A stretch of DNA of 64,000 nucleotides from contig DAOMMM010000001.1 in NCBI GenBank assembly GCA_035423825.1, forward strand, positions 359,516 to 423,515. The letters run 5' to 3'. Positions 20,264 to 30,933 of the stretch are shown here, piece by piece. The position numbers were made by a program, and so were the translations under genes. The notes beneath the pieces were generated by a model. That model was not told the DNA's origin. It was given only the letters and a program-made list of their open reading frames with translations, and did no database searches. This DNA comes from Methylophilus sp. (GTDB taxonomy: Bacteria > Pseudomonadota > Gammaproteobacteria > Burkholderiales > Methylophilaceae). Positions within the stretch are counted from its first letter, which is position 1, and each line of letters opens with the position of its first letter.

Positions 20264-22861
20264 ATGTTTGCCAACATCATCAATTACCTTTCCAGCAAAA
20301 CTGCCCTTACTCGCCAGATGGTGGACGAGATCACTGAGTTCCGTACTTTGAAGAAAGAGATCAACAAGGCGCGTTGTGTATTGGAATTCAATGCAAATGG
20401 TTCAATCACATTCGTGAATGAGAACGCGCTGAAGTCTCTCGGTTACGCAGAATCGGAATTGCTGAACGAGCATCACCGTGTGTTGATTGATCGCGAAGAG
20501 AGCGGTTCTTCCAAGTATGAGATTTTCTGGGAGAACCTCGCCGCAGGCATCACCCAAACCGGTCAGTTCAAGCTCAAAGACAAGAAGGGGTCGGTAGTTT
20601 GGTTCCAGGGCTATTACGCCCCTGTCATCAATGCGGCACACAAACTGGTCAAGGTGGTCTGTTATCTGACAGATATCACGGCTGACAAGGCCAGGGCGCT
20701 TGTGCTGCAAGGTGAAGATGAGGCGCTTAATCAAACCTTCGGCGTCATGGAATGCGACATGAACGCCAACATCATCGACTGTAACGAGCTTTTTATAAAA
20801 CCGTTGGGCTATGTCAAAGAAGAGATTATTGGCAAGAACGTCAGCTTTATCCTGCCGCCCGGTGTAGCAGACAGCGCAGAATACAGAGCTATGTGGCAAA
20901 AGCTCAATGCAGGCCAGTCAGTGACAAGGGAAATCAAACGTATCAGTAAGGACCGCAAGGAATACTGGTTCCAGTCGTCTTACGTGCCGGTCCATGATGA
21001 ACATGGTAAGCCATATAAGGTAGTGGTGTATTCTTATTGCATCACGGAACAGAAACTCAAGAATGCAGACTATGAGGGCCAGTTAAAAGCTATTCACAAG
21101 ACTCAAGGGGTCATTGAGTTTGACCTGACAGGGAAGATCATTGCGGTGAATGAGAACTTTGCTGCGGTAACCGGTTACAGCGAGAAAGAGATCGTCGGTA
21201 ACCACCACAGCATGTTTGTGGAATCTTCCTATAAGAACAGTAATGAATATAAGGCGTTTTGGGATAAGCTTGCACGGGGTGAAGCAGAAAGTGGCCAAAT
21301 TCATCGTATAGGCAAGGGCGGTAAGCAGATTTGGCTGCAGGCTACTTACAACCCAATATTTGATATGAACGGCAAGCCTTACAAAGTAGTGAAATACGCT
21401 ACTGACATCACAGCGGAGAAACTCAGGAACGCCTTTTTCGAAGGGCAGCTGGCGGCTATCAACAAAACTCAGGGGGTGATAGAGTTCGACATGACAGGGA
21501 AGATCATTGCGGTGAATGAGAACTTTGCTGCGGTGACTGGCTACAGCGAAAAAGAGATCGTCGGTAACCACCACAGCATGTTTGTAGAACCAGCCTATAA
21601 GAACAGCCATGAATACAAAGCCTTCTGGGATAAACTGAACCGTGGCGAAGCAGATATTGGCCAATATAAACGTATCTGCAAAAGTGGTAAAGAGGTTTGG
21701 CTGCAAGCTATCTATAACCCGATTATTGATATGAATGGCAAACCGTTCAAGGTCGTGAAGTATGCAACGGATATCACCGAACAACATAACAGTGCAGTCG
21801 CGTTGGAAAATGCTGTAAATGAATCACAAGCAGTGATTCAGCAAGCCAAAGAAGGCGATTTGACTGAGCGTGTTTCCTTGCAAGGCAAAACAGGTGCGAT
21901 TGCGCAGCTTTGCGAAGGCATCAATGCATTGATGGATAAGTTCGCCGAAGTCGTGATTCAGGTAAAAGAAGCAGGTGAAACTATTAATACAGCAGCGGGC
22001 GAGATATCTAGTGGCAATAATGATTTGTCCGGTCGAACCGAGCAACAAGCTTCGAATCTGGAAAAAACCGCCTCCAGCATGGAAGAGCTCGCTTCTACCG
22101 TGAAGCAGAACGCCGACAACGCCAAACAGGCCAACCAGCTGGCGGCTGCGGCCTCCGGTGTGGCGGTGAAAGGTGGTGAAGTGGTGGCCAATGTGGTAAC
22201 CACCATGAGCGAGATCAATGAAAGCTCCCGCAAGATTGAGGATATCATCAGCGTCATCGATGGCATCGCCTTCCAGACCAACATTCTCGCCCTTAACGCC
22301 GCGGTGGAAGCCGCCCGTGCGGGTGAACAAGGCCGCGGCTTTGCCGTCGTAGCCGGTGAGGTGCGCAACCTGGCGCAACGCTCAGCCTCTGCTGCCAAGG
22401 AGATTAAAGAATTGATCACTGATTCCGTCAACAAGACCGCCGAAGGTACCAAGCTGGTAGAAGATGCGGGCAAGACCATGGAGGAGATCGTTTCTTCTGT
22501 ACAGCGCGTCACCGACATCATGGGCGAGATCTCTGCTGCATCTAGCGAGCAGAGTGCTGGTATCAACCAGGTAAATGATGCAATCACCAGCATGGATGAA
22601 GTGACCCAGCAAAACGCCGCACTGGTGGAAGAAGCGGCTGCTGCGGCAGAGTCTTTGGTGGAACAGGCCGCCAGCCTGATGGACACTGTGAATGGATTCA
22701 CTGTGCGTGGCGGTGCAACAGAACGACGCGCTGCAAATAGTCCGATGCGCAGGCCAGCTAGCCATGCGCCTGTTGCGTCAAGACAGCAGCAAACACCTAA
22801 ACCTGCCAAACCGGCTTCTTTGAAGACAGGCACAGACGATGGCGAATGGGAAGAGTTTTAA
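20264..22861 (+). CDS. soluble chemoreceptor, 4 PAS + HAMP + MCP signalling domain, EWEEF tail
   Basis: No TM segments; four PAS/PAC repeats; [30 protein letters not shown]; C-term GEWEEF. Confidence 0.92.
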   Translation: MFANIINYLSSKTALTRQMVDEITEFRTLKKEINKARCVLEFNANGSITFVNENALKSLGYAESELLNEHHRVLIDREESGSSKYEIFWENLAAGITQTGQFKLKDKKGSVVWFQGYYAPVINAAHKLVKVVCYLTDITADKARALVLQGEDEALNQTFGVMECDMNANIIDCNELFIKPLGYVKEEIIGKNVSFILPPGVADSAEYRAMWQKLNAGQSVTREIKRISKDRKEYWFQSSYVPVHDEHGKPYKVVVYSYCITEQKLKNADYEGQLKAIHKTQGVIEFDLTGKIIAVNENFAAVTGYSEKEIVGNHHSMFVESSYKNSNEYKAFWDKLARGEAESGQIHRIGKGGKQIWLQATYNPIFDMNGKPYKVVKYATDITAEKLRNAFFEGQLAAINKTQGVIEFDMTGKIIAVNENFAAVTGYSEKEIVGNHHSMFVEPAYKNSHEYKAFWDKLNRGEADIGQYKRICKSGKEVWLQAIYNPIIDMNGKPFKVVKYATDITEQHNSAVALENAVNESQAVIQQAKEGDLTERVSLQGKTGAIAQLCEGINALMDKFAEVVIQVKEAGETINTAAGEISSGNNDLSGRTEQQASNLEKTASSMEELASTVKQNADNAKQANQLAAAASGVAVKGGEVVANVVTTMSEINESSRKIEDIISVIDGIAFQTNILALNAAVEAARAGEQGRGFAVVAGEVRNLAQRSASAAKEIKELITDSVNKTAEGTKLVEDAGKTMEEIVSSVQRVTDIMGEISAASSEQSAGINQVNDAITSMDEVTQQNAALVEEAAAAAESLVEQAASLMDTVNGFTVRGGATERRAANSPMRRPASHAPVASRQQQTPKPAKPASLKTGTDDGEWEEF
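21098..21780 (+). repeat. intragenic tandem duplication of PAS3/PAS4 (366-nt period)
   Basis: Units start at 21098 and 21464 and share long identical nt runs such as ACAGGGAAGATCATTGCGGTGAATGAGAACTTTGCTGCGGT. Confidence 0.85.
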
Positions 22862-22901
22862 GCGGTAAGCTGTCTCAATAAAGCATCAACTGATATCCAA
22901 T

Positions 22902-22929
22902 GGGCACTATTTTTAGTGCCCTTTTTTTT
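22902..22929 (+). terminator. Rho-independent terminator
   Basis: GGGCACTA-TTTT-TAGTGCCC followed by T8. Confidence 0.9.
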
Positions 22930-22942
22930 GTGTTTTGGTTAT

Positions 22943-22956
22943 TTGATTTAAATCAA
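22943..22956. promoter_or_regulatory. FNR/CRP-family (FNR-type) box
   Basis: TTGAT-TTAA-ATCAA, a perfect TTGAT-N4-ATCAA; TATAAA at 22976-22981. Confidence 0.7.
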
Positions 22957-23105
22957 AAAAGATATTTTGCTGAGGTATAAAACAATAAATAACAGGGCAA
23001 GTACATAGATATTGTAAAACACGTTGCTGATATATCCTGGGTTTATAAAGCACAGTGAGGGATGCGGTCATACCAATAGCATGATCCGCATGCGGAGATT
23101 AGAAA

Positions 23106-24413
23106 ATGGCTGATATAAATGATTGCTTGACGCTGTTCACCAAAGCTTTTGATAGTGTTGGCGGAGCCGTGGATGTCCTGGTACTGAAGGATGGCCAAGG
23201 CCGATGGATGGCGGTCAATGAAAAGACCAAGCAACTATTCGCCTTGCAAGCAGTTGATTGGTATGGAAAAACGGATACAGAGCTAGCGAAGTTGCATCCT
23301 ATGATGGCGGACATGCTGGAAAGCTGTACGAAGAATGATGAATACACCTGGAGTAGCAGGCAATTGCATGTGTTTGAAAAAACCTTCAGACATGAAGAAG
23401 ATGTATTCGAGTTCGAGATGCGTAAATCGCCGGTATTCGACAGTGAAGGCAAGCGCAAGGTGCTGATCACTATTGGCAACGATATCACCGAGCGTAAACG
23501 GGCAGAGCGTGATATGCGTGTCGCGGAAAAAGCCTTTGATTCTCTGGATGCGATTATCGTGACAGACGCAGACAAACGCATCATCCGCGTCAACAATACG
23601 TTTAGCCGGCTCACGGGCTACATGGAAGATGAGGTGCTAGGCAAGACCCCGGCGGTCCTGAAATCCGGACGACATGATGCCGCTTTTTATCAGAAAATGT
23701 GGGAGACACTCCACGAAAAAGGGGTGTGGCGGGGCGAGATCTGGGATAAGCGCAAGAATGGTGAGATTTATCCAAAATGGCTGTCCATCAGTGCAGTGAC
23801 TGGAGAGGATGGAACTATCCAGAACTATGTTGGAACGTTCAATGATTTGAGCGGACAGGTCGATGCCAAAGAGGCGATTCATCGCATGGCTTTCTATGAT
23901 TCACTGACGAATGTGGCTAATCGCAGGCTATTGAACGACCGCTTGAACGATGCCTTAGCTAATAGTGTTTGCAACCAGCATTTTGGGGCGGTGTTGATGC
24001 TGGATGTCGATAATTTCAAGCTAATTAACGACACCTACGGCCACGAGGCCGGCGATTATTTTCTGATAGAGGTGGCGCGCCGCTTGCGCTACTGCACTCG
24101 TGAAGAGGATACCGTGGCCAGGTTGGGTGGGGATGAGTTCGTGATATTGCTGGAGTTTCTCAGTCAGGACGCCGAGGAAGCAGAAAGGCAAGTCAGAGTA
24201 GTGGCCGAAAAAGTGCTGAACGAGATTCGCAAATCTTTCCTGATCAATGGCATTGAGATTCGCACATCGGTCAGTTTGGGAATCAGCATGTTCACGTCCC
24301 CTCATCTGCCGAGTGATGAGATGCTGCGCAGGGCAGATGCAGCGATGTATCGTGCAAAATCTTCCGGACGAGACCGGTTCTGTTTTTTTGCCATAGAGAG
24401 GCAAATGCAGTAA
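23106..24413 (+). CDS. PAS-PAS-GGDEF diguanylate cyclase
   Basis: Two PAS domains; LDVDNFKLINDTYGHEAGD; REED I-site 5 aa before GGDEF; AADAAMY-type end (RADAAMYRAK). Confidence 0.92.
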   Translation: MADINDCLTLFTKAFDSVGGAVDVLVLKDGQGRWMAVNEKTKQLFALQAVDWYGKTDTELAKLHPMMADMLESCTKNDEYTWSSRQLHVFEKTFRHEEDVFEFEMRKSPVFDSEGKRKVLITIGNDITERKRAERDMRVAEKAFDSLDAIIVTDADKRIIRVNNTFSRLTGYMEDEVLGKTPAVLKSGRHDAAFYQKMWETLHEKGVWRGEIWDKRKNGEIYPKWLSISAVTGEDGTIQNYVGTFNDLSGQVDAKEAIHRMAFYDSLTNVANRRLLNDRLNDALANSVCNQHFGAVLMLDVDNFKLINDTYGHEAGDYFLIEVARRLRYCTREEDTVARLGGDEFVILLEFLSQDAEEAERQVRVVAEKVLNEIRKSFLINGIEIRTSVSLGISMFTSPHLPSDEMLRRADAAMYRAKSSGRDRFCFFAIERQMQ

Positions 24414-24447
24414 TTTTTTACTGACATCATAAAAACATACTTTCATG

Positions 24448-24480
24448 AGTGGCTGCCAATACGGCAGCCACTATTCTTTT
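24448..24480 (+). terminator. Rho-independent terminator
   Basis: AGTGGCTGCC-AATAC-GGCAGCCACT then ATTCTTTT. Confidence 0.75.
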
Positions 24481-24546
24481 CAGCATTGTTACTAAAAGCA
24501 GGATTTAGCGATGAATCCCCGCTTTCTTTCACCAATCGAAATCCCT

Positions 24547-24573
24547 TCAAGTAGTACAAAATTGTGCCGTAAT
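24547..24573 (+). promoter_or_regulatory. sigma28-like promoter of receptor 2
   Basis: TCAA-N15-GCCGTAAT; similar -10 variant to the flgK promoter. Confidence 0.45.
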
Positions 24574-24656
24574 ACCTAAGCAGGCTAAAGAAATCCTGCA
24601 GGTACCTTTGCGATTGCAAAGGCTAGCGAAATCAATGTTTGAAGGAATAACTTGCC

Positions 24657-27600
24657 ATGAAAATCAACATGCCGGTGACTGACCACGAAGTGGAATTAAA
24701 AGAAGGTCAAATGATCGTTTCAAAGACCGATCTGAAAGGCCGGATCAGCTTCGTGAACCAGGATTTCATAGAAATCAGCGGTTTCTCCGAAGAAGAGCTG
24801 ATCGGCCAAAGCCACAACATCGTACGTCATCCGGATATGCCTCCCGAGGCCTTTGAGGATTTGTGGACGACCGTGAAATCCGGCAAGCCCTGGATCGGTA
24901 TCGTCAAGAATCGCTGCAAGAACGGCGATTTCTATTGGGTGGAAGCGATTGTTTCCCCTACCCGTGATAGCGGCCAGGTAAACGGATACATCTCGGTACG
25001 CAGAAAAGCCAGCCGTGAGCAGATTCGCGGTGCGATGGCATTCCACCGCAAAATCAAAGAAGGGCAATCAGGATGGGTTGCCGTGATGGGCAAGCTTAAG
25101 AGAGCCAAAAGTCACATCAAAATCAAACATCGCCTGATAAGTATAGCCTTAGCTATGGTAGTGACGACAGTATTTGTTGGTTGGGTTGGCCTGTCAGGCA
25201 TGAATGATACCAATAAGTCACTTTCGACTGTTTATAACGACCGTGTTGTGCCATTGCAGCAACTAAAAATAGTGGCAGATATGTATGCAGTCAATATCGT
25301 CGATACATCCCACAAGGTGCGCAACGGTACCATAAGCTGGGAGCAAGGCGAGCAGAATGTGGAAGCCGCACTGCTTGAAGTGAATAAACAATGGAAGGCC
25401 TACACATCGTCCTACCTGGTGCCTGAGGAGCAGAAGCTCATCAAGGAGATCGAGCCCCTATTTGTCGACGCCAAGCGTGTCACTGCCGATTTGCAAAGCA
25501 TCATGCGTACTCACGATGCAAAACGCATGGTCAGTTTTACTACGAGTGAGCTCTATCCTGCAATTGATCCAATCTCATCCAAACTCAACGAGTTAATCGA
25601 TATTCAGCTAAAAGTCGCTAAACAAGGGTATCTTGAAGCATACGATGATTATAGTTTCCACCGCAATTTGGTAATAGGATTAACGACCTTGGGTTTCATT
25701 GTTGTAGGTTTGTTGAGCTGGTTCTTATATCAAACTATTATTCCGCGTATCCGGTTGGCTGTAGATTATCTAACGGCCAGTGCACAAGGTGATTTACATG
25801 AGCCTGTCATTCGCACCGGACATCGCGATGAGATGACCGACGTGTTGGATGCCTATCGTGCGTTGAGGTCGCGCCTGGATTTCGATCATACCGAGACAGT
25901 AGCTGGCATCGAACGCATCAAGTCTGCACTGGACAACGCGACTATTCCTGTGACTGTCAGCAACGAGCATAACAACTTGATTTACATGAATAAATCCTGC
26001 GTAGATCTATGGAAGCGCATGAGTGGCGATGTGGCTAAATACCATACCGGATTCGCGGTCGATGCGATGATAGGTACCAAGGTTGGCCAATATCTGCAGA
26101 ATGAGCAGGATCGCGTAGCATTCGCCAAGCCATTGGAAAGCGCGCGCTTTATGGATACGCAGATAGGAAGCCGTCATCTGAGTCTGGTACTGAACCCTGT
26201 CTATGATAAAGCAGGCAAATACCTTGGCCGCATGACACAATGGAACGACCGTACTGCAGAGGTGATTGCAGAGCAAGAAGTCGCGCGTCTGGTGCAAGAG
26301 GCGGTGGAAGGCAATCTGGCAGAGCGTGTGGATACAGCCATCTTGCCCGAAGGCTTTATCCGTGACACAGGCGATGGCATCAATCACATGCTGGATGCCG
26401 TGATTGGCCCGTTGAACGTAGCTGCCCGATATGTGGATGACATCTCCAAGGGCAACATCCCGGCGAAGATCACCGATGAATACAAAGGCGACTTCAACAC
26501 CATCAAGCAGAACCTCAACACTTGTATCGATGCGGTGAACGCACTTGTGGCCGATGCCAATATGCTGTCACAGGCCGCAGTGGAAGGGCGTCTGGAGACC
26601 CGTGCCGATGCCAGCAAGCACCAGGGCGACTTCCGCAAGATCGTCCAAGGGGTGAACGAGACACTGGATGCCGTGATCGGCCCGTTGAACGTAGCAGCGC
26701 AGTATGTGGATGACATCTCCAAGGGCAACATCCCGGCGAAGATCACCGATGACTACAAAGGCGACTTCAACACCATCAAACACAACCTCAACACCTGTAT
26801 CGATGCGGTGAACCGCCTGGTGAACGATTCTGCGATGCTGGCGGATGCTGCGCATGAAGGCAAGGTCTCTACCCGTGCCGATGCCACCCAGCATCAAGGA
26901 GACTTCCGCAAGATTGTGGAGGCGATGAATGAGACCCTAGAAATGATTGTCGGTCCGATTGGGGCGGTGAAGGTGGCAGTCGAGACCATCAACACGGCAT
27001 CCAAGGAGATTGCCCAGGGCAACGCCGACCTGAGCCGCCGTACCGAAGAGCAGGCTGCTTCTCTCGAGAAGACGGCTGCCAGCATGGAAGAACTGGCCTC
27101 AACGGTGAAACAGAACGCCGACAACGCCAAACAGGCCAACCAGCTTGCAGCGGCAGCCTCCGGTGTTGCCATCAAGGGTGGTGAGGTCGTCTCCGACGTC
27201 GTCACTACCATGAGCGCCATCAACGACAGCGCCAAGAAGATCGAAGACATCATCAGCGTCATCGACGGCATCGCCTTCCAGACCAACATCCTCGCCCTTA
27301 ACGCCGCGGTGGAAGCCGCCCGTGCGGGTGAACAGGGCCGCGGCTTTGCTGTGGTGGCCGGCGAGGTGCGCAACCTGGCCCAACGCTCCGCATCAGCTGC
27401 CAAAGAGATCAAGGAACTCATCTCCGACTCAGTCAGCAAGACTGCCGAAGGCACCAAACAAGTCGAGAATGCCGGTGAGACCATGCAAGAGATCGTCACC
27501 TCTGTCCGACGCGTCACCGACATCATTGCCGAGATTGCAGCCGCTTCACAAGAGCAGACTGCGGGCATTGACCAGGTGAATGAAGCCGTGATGAAGATGG

Positions 27601-27863
27601 ACGACATGACGCAGCAGAACACTGCCCTGGTGGAAGAAGCGGCAGCGGCTGCGGAAAGCCTGATGGAACAGGCCGACGAACTGATGAACGCGGTGAGCGT
27701 GTTCCAGCTGGAAGGTGAGTCCACTCGCGTGGAACGTCGTGCCCACAACAGCCCGATGCGTAACAGCACACCGGCAAGAACGATTGAGCAAGCTTCAACC
27801 ACTCCTTCTGCCAAGACTACCGTCAAGACCGGTACTAATGACGAAGAATGGGAAGAGTTTTAA
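24657..27863 (+). CDS. multi-input chemoreceptor: Aer-type PAS, TM-4HB-TM, HAMP, Aer2-type PAS, poly-HAMP, MCP signalling, EWEEF
   Basis: [38 protein letters not shown]; two TM helices; IKSALDNA...QWNDRT; signalling hairpin; EEWEEF. Confidence 0.9.
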   Translation: MKINMPVTDHEVELKEGQMIVSKTDLKGRISFVNQDFIEISGFSEEELIGQSHNIVRHPDMPPEAFEDLWTTVKSGKPWIGIVKNRCKNGDFYWVEAIVSPTRDSGQVNGYISVRRKASREQIRGAMAFHRKIKEGQSGWVAVMGKLKRAKSHIKIKHRLISIALAMVVTTVFVGWVGLSGMNDTNKSLSTVYNDRVVPLQQLKIVADMYAVNIVDTSHKVRNGTISWEQGEQNVEAALLEVNKQWKAYTSSYLVPEEQKLIKEIEPLFVDAKRVTADLQSIMRTHDAKRMVSFTTSELYPAIDPISSKLNELIDIQLKVAKQGYLEAYDDYSFHRNLVIGLTTLGFIVVGLLSWFLYQTIIPRIRLAVDYLTASAQGDLHEPVIRTGHRDEMTDVLDAYRALRSRLDFDHTETVAGIERIKSALDNATIPVTVSNEHNNLIYMNKSCVDLWKRMSGDVAKYHTGFAVDAMIGTKVGQYLQNEQDRVAFAKPLESARFMDTQIGSRHLSLVLNPVYDKAGKYLGRMTQWNDRTAEVIAEQEVARLVQEAVEGNLAERVDTAILPEGFIRDTGDGINHMLDAVIGPLNVAARYVDDISKGNIPAKITDEYKGDFNTIKQNLNTCIDAVNALVADANMLSQAAVEGRLETRADASKHQGDFRKIVQGVNETLDAVIGPLNVAAQYVDDISKGNIPAKITDDYKGDFNTIKHNLNTCIDAVNRLVNDSAMLADAAHEGKVSTRADATQHQGDFRKIVEAMNETLEMIVGPIGAVKVAVETINTASKEIAQGNADLSRRTEEQAASLEKTAASMEELASTVKQNADNAKQANQLAAAASGVAIKGGEVVSDVVTTMSAINDSAKKIEDIISVIDGIAFQTNILALNAAVEAARAGEQGRGFAVVAGEVRNLAQRSASAAKEIKELISDSVSKTAEGTKQVENAGETMQEIVTSVRRVTDIIAEIAAASQEQTAGIDQVNEAVMKMDDMTQQNTALVEEAAAAAESLMEQADELMNAVSVFQLEGESTRVERRAHNSPMRNSTPARTIEQASTTPSAKTTVKTGTNDEEWEEF
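26391..26936 (+). repeat. intragenic 273-nt (91-aa) tandem repeat of di-HAMP units
   Basis: CTGGATGCCGTGAT... at 26391 and 26664; [29 protein letters not shown] occurs twice. Confidence 0.85.
26904..27861 (+). repeat. 958-bp direct repeat, copy 1 (receptor signalling domain and tail)
   Basis: No mismatch seen against 29627-30584 (offset 2723); alternative-frame ORFs in the two copies are also identical. Confidence 0.92.
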
Positions 27864-27946
27864 ATGGGTAAGTTTTATAAAGTTTGGCTGACAACAATAA
27901 AAATCAGAAGTTGGTTGGATTAGGAACGTAACTTGAAAGTAGGTAA

Positions 27947-30586
27947 ATGATGAAAATGACAGTCGCGAAAAAAATGTTGATGTTGACCTTGGTGTCAGTG
28001 GTAGGGCTGGTTTGCTTGCTGACGTTAAGCCAGCACCAGATGGAAAAGGTTTTTAATGAAACCAATTATGCCAATAGCAATATAGCGCCAAGTATCGTAT
28101 TGATTGACAAGATACGTTATGACTTTAACACCTTACGCATCCGCTTATCCAACCACACGATGAATACGGATGCCGCAAAGATGGCAGAAGTCGAGGTAGC
28201 GATCAGGAAGCTTCAGGAACAACTTTCAAGTTCGTTGAAAGAGTACGAGAAATACACCAGTGATGAGCAGGACAGGCAGATGCTGGAGGCCGACAAGGCT
28301 GGCTTGAATGTGTATTACGAGCGTATGCAGCCGATATTGAATGCCTCGCGCCAGAATAAAAAAGACTTGGCCAAAGAACTCTTTATTGCGATACGCATGC
28401 CTGCCGAACAAGCGAACAAGGATATGGCGGCACATATGGATTACAAGGTGAAGTTGGGCCAGACAATTGCTCAGGATGCCGTTGAAGTCAAGGAAAGTGC
28501 TACCAAGTTCTCGATGGTTATCGGGGTCATTATTTTGCTGGCGACTGCGGTAATCGGGTTCATGATTACTCGTAACTTGAAGAAACAACTTGGCGGTGAG
28601 CCTAGTGAAGCTGCGGAAGTGGCAAACAGCATCGCTCAAGGTGAATTGAACACTGTCATTAAGCTTGAAAAAGATGACAAAACGAGCCTGATGGCGGCGA
28701 TGCATAGCATGCAGCAGACACTCAAGGCGGTGATAGAAGAACAGACTGTCATGTCTGCAGAAAACAAGGCAGGCAATATCAGCGCAGCGATCGATGCGAA
28801 TAAGTTCCGCGGCAGCTATAAAACCATGGCGCAGAACGTCAATGAAATGGCGTCTAACCAGGCGGATGTGATGCGCAAGGTCACTGCTTGTATCTCGGAA
28901 TTCTCCAAAGGCAACTTTGATGCGCCATTGGAGAAGTTCCCGGGTCAGCGTGCATTCATTAATGAAGGTGTTGAGGGGCTACGCAGCAATGTGAAAACCT
29001 TCATCACGGATATGCAGCATATGTCTCAAGAACATGATGCTGGTGATGTTGATGTACGGATTGACGAAACCAAGTATCAGGGTGCGTATGCAGAGATGGT
29101 GCACGGTGTGAATAGCATGGTGGGTGCACACGTGCAGGAAAAAGCCGAGATGATTCAAGTGATGAGATCATTAGGTGATGGTGATTTTGCAGTTCAAATC
29201 CAGCAATACCAAGGCAAGAAAGCTGAGATCAATCAAAATCTGGACAGGCTCAAAGGCAAACTCAAAGGCATTCTGGATTCTGTGAAATGGGTGACTAACG
29301 AACATGCGCAAGGCAATATCGATATGACATTGCATGCGCATATGTTCAAAGGCGGCTTCAGTGAATTGGCTAGCGCTGTGAATACTATTGTGGCCGGCCA
29401 GATTGAATTGACAGAAAAGGCCTTGGCCTGCGTCAAGGAATTTGGCGAAGGTAATTTTGATGCGCCGCTGGAAAAATTCCCAGGCAAGAAAGCGTTTGTG
29501 AACGAGGCGATCGAACAGGTGCGCAGCAATCTCAAGACGTTGAATGAAGATGTCCAGATGCTCTCGGAGGCTGCGAACAATGGCCGTGTCTCAGTACGTG
29601 CCGATGCCAGCCGCCACAACGGCGATTTCCGCAAGATTGTGGAGGCGATGAATGAGACCCTAGAAATGATTGTCGGTCCGATTGGGGCGGTGAAGGTGGC
29701 AGTCGAGACCATCAACACGGCATCCAAGGAGATTGCCCAGGGCAACGCCGACCTGAGCCGCCGTACCGAAGAGCAGGCTGCTTCTCTCGAGAAGACGGCT
29801 GCCAGCATGGAAGAACTGGCCTCAACGGTGAAACAGAACGCCGACAACGCCAAACAGGCCAACCAGCTTGCAGCGGCAGCCTCCGGTGTTGCCATCAAGG
29901 GTGGTGAGGTCGTCTCCGACGTCGTCACTACCATGAGCGCCATCAACGACAGCGCCAAGAAGATCGAAGACATCATCAGCGTCATCGACGGCATCGCCTT
30001 CCAGACCAACATCCTCGCCCTTAACGCCGCGGTGGAAGCCGCCCGTGCGGGTGAACAGGGCCGCGGCTTTGCTGTGGTGGCCGGCGAGGTGCGCAACCTG
30101 GCCCAACGCTCCGCATCAGCTGCCAAAGAGATCAAGGAACTCATCTCCGACTCAGTCAGCAAGACTGCCGAAGGCACCAAACAAGTCGAGAATGCCGGTG
30201 AGACCATGCAAGAGATCGTCACCTCTGTCCGACGCGTCACCGACATCATTGCCGAGATTGCAGCCGCTTCACAAGAGCAGACTGCGGGCATTGACCAGGT
30301 GAATGAAGCCGTGATGAAGATGGACGACATGACGCAGCAGAACACTGCCCTGGTGGAAGAAGCGGCAGCGGCTGCGGAAAGCCTGATGGAACAGGCCGAC
30401 GAACTGATGAACGCGGTGAGCGTGTTCCAGCTGGAAGGTGAGTCCACTCGCGTGGAACGTCGTGCCCACAACAGCCCGATGCGTAACAGCACACCGGCAA
30501 GAACGATTGAGCAAGCTTCAACCACTCCTTCTGCCAAGACTACCGTCAAGACCGGTACTAATGACGAAGAATGGGAAGAGTTTTGA
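27947..30586 (+). CDS. transmembrane chemoreceptor: TM-4HB-TM, HAMP, poly-HAMP, MCP signalling, EWEEF
   Basis: Two TM helices flanking a helical periplasmic domain; [12 protein letters not shown] repeated; signalling domain identical to the previous gene. Confidence 0.92.
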   Translation: MMKMTVAKKMLMLTLVSVVGLVCLLTLSQHQMEKVFNETNYANSNIAPSIVLIDKIRYDFNTLRIRLSNHTMNTDAAKMAEVEVAIRKLQEQLSSSLKEYEKYTSDEQDRQMLEADKAGLNVYYERMQPILNASRQNKKDLAKELFIAIRMPAEQANKDMAAHMDYKVKLGQTIAQDAVEVKESATKFSMVIGVIILLATAVIGFMITRNLKKQLGGEPSEAAEVANSIAQGELNTVIKLEKDDKTSLMAAMHSMQQTLKAVIEEQTVMSAENKAGNISAAIDANKFRGSYKTMAQNVNEMASNQADVMRKVTACISEFSKGNFDAPLEKFPGQRAFINEGVEGLRSNVKTFITDMQHMSQEHDAGDVDVRIDETKYQGAYAEMVHGVNSMVGAHVQEKAEMIQVMRSLGDGDFAVQIQQYQGKKAEINQNLDRLKGKLKGILDSVKWVTNEHAQGNIDMTLHAHMFKGGFSELASAVNTIVAGQIELTEKALACVKEFGEGNFDAPLEKFPGKKAFVNEAIEQVRSNLKTLNEDVQMLSEAANNGRVSVRADASRHNGDFRKIVEAMNETLEMIVGPIGAVKVAVETINTASKEIAQGNADLSRRTEEQAASLEKTAASMEELASTVKQNADNAKQANQLAAAASGVAIKGGEVVSDVVTTMSAINDSAKKIEDIISVIDGIAFQTNILALNAAVEAARAGEQGRGFAVVAGEVRNLAQRSASAAKEIKELISDSVSKTAEGTKQVENAGETMQEIVTSVRRVTDIIAEIAAASQEQTAGIDQVNEAVMKMDDMTQQNTALVEEAAAAAESLMEQADELMNAVSVFQLEGESTRVERRAHNSPMRNSTPARTIEQASTTPSAKTTVKTGTNDEEWEEF
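29627..30584 (+). repeat. 958-bp direct repeat, copy 2
   Basis: Matches 26904-27861; diverges at the stop codon (TGA vs TAA). Confidence 0.92.
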
Positions 30587-30647
30587 TTTCTGTATCAAAT
30601 GCCGGAACAAGCAGGCTTTTCCGTGCATTGATGCTGAATTGAATTGC

Positions 30648-30674
30648 TCAAGGAGCGTTATTTTTAACCGATAG
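30648..30674 (+). promoter_or_regulatory. sigma28 promoter upstream of the fae paralogue and cheRDB
   Basis: TCAA(30648-51)-N15-ACCGATAG(30667-74). Confidence 0.7.
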
Positions 30675-30933
30675 ATGATATGTAGATTCGACTACTTTGA
30701 AGGCTGATAGGAACCGATTGTGGATTACTTTTTGAAAACGATATATGCAATTTTCACGACTTGTTCTTTGCACGCTGTTTTGGTCATGCTGGCACTGAAG
30801 GTTTTCGCCAGTTTATAAGTGAATTCAAAAAAAAGAGTTGTCGTGTTTTGGGAATTTAACTGAAAGTTTTGACCCGGATGGGTTTGCAGTTAAAACGAAT
30901 CGTGAGTAGTAATTTTGATACCAGGAGAACAAA

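Noticed and set aside
24605-24622. CCTTTGC-GATT-GCAAAGG inverted repeat upstream of receptor 2
   Set aside because: Single occurrence, 7-bp arms and no matching known site; could be chance or a small leader hairpin.
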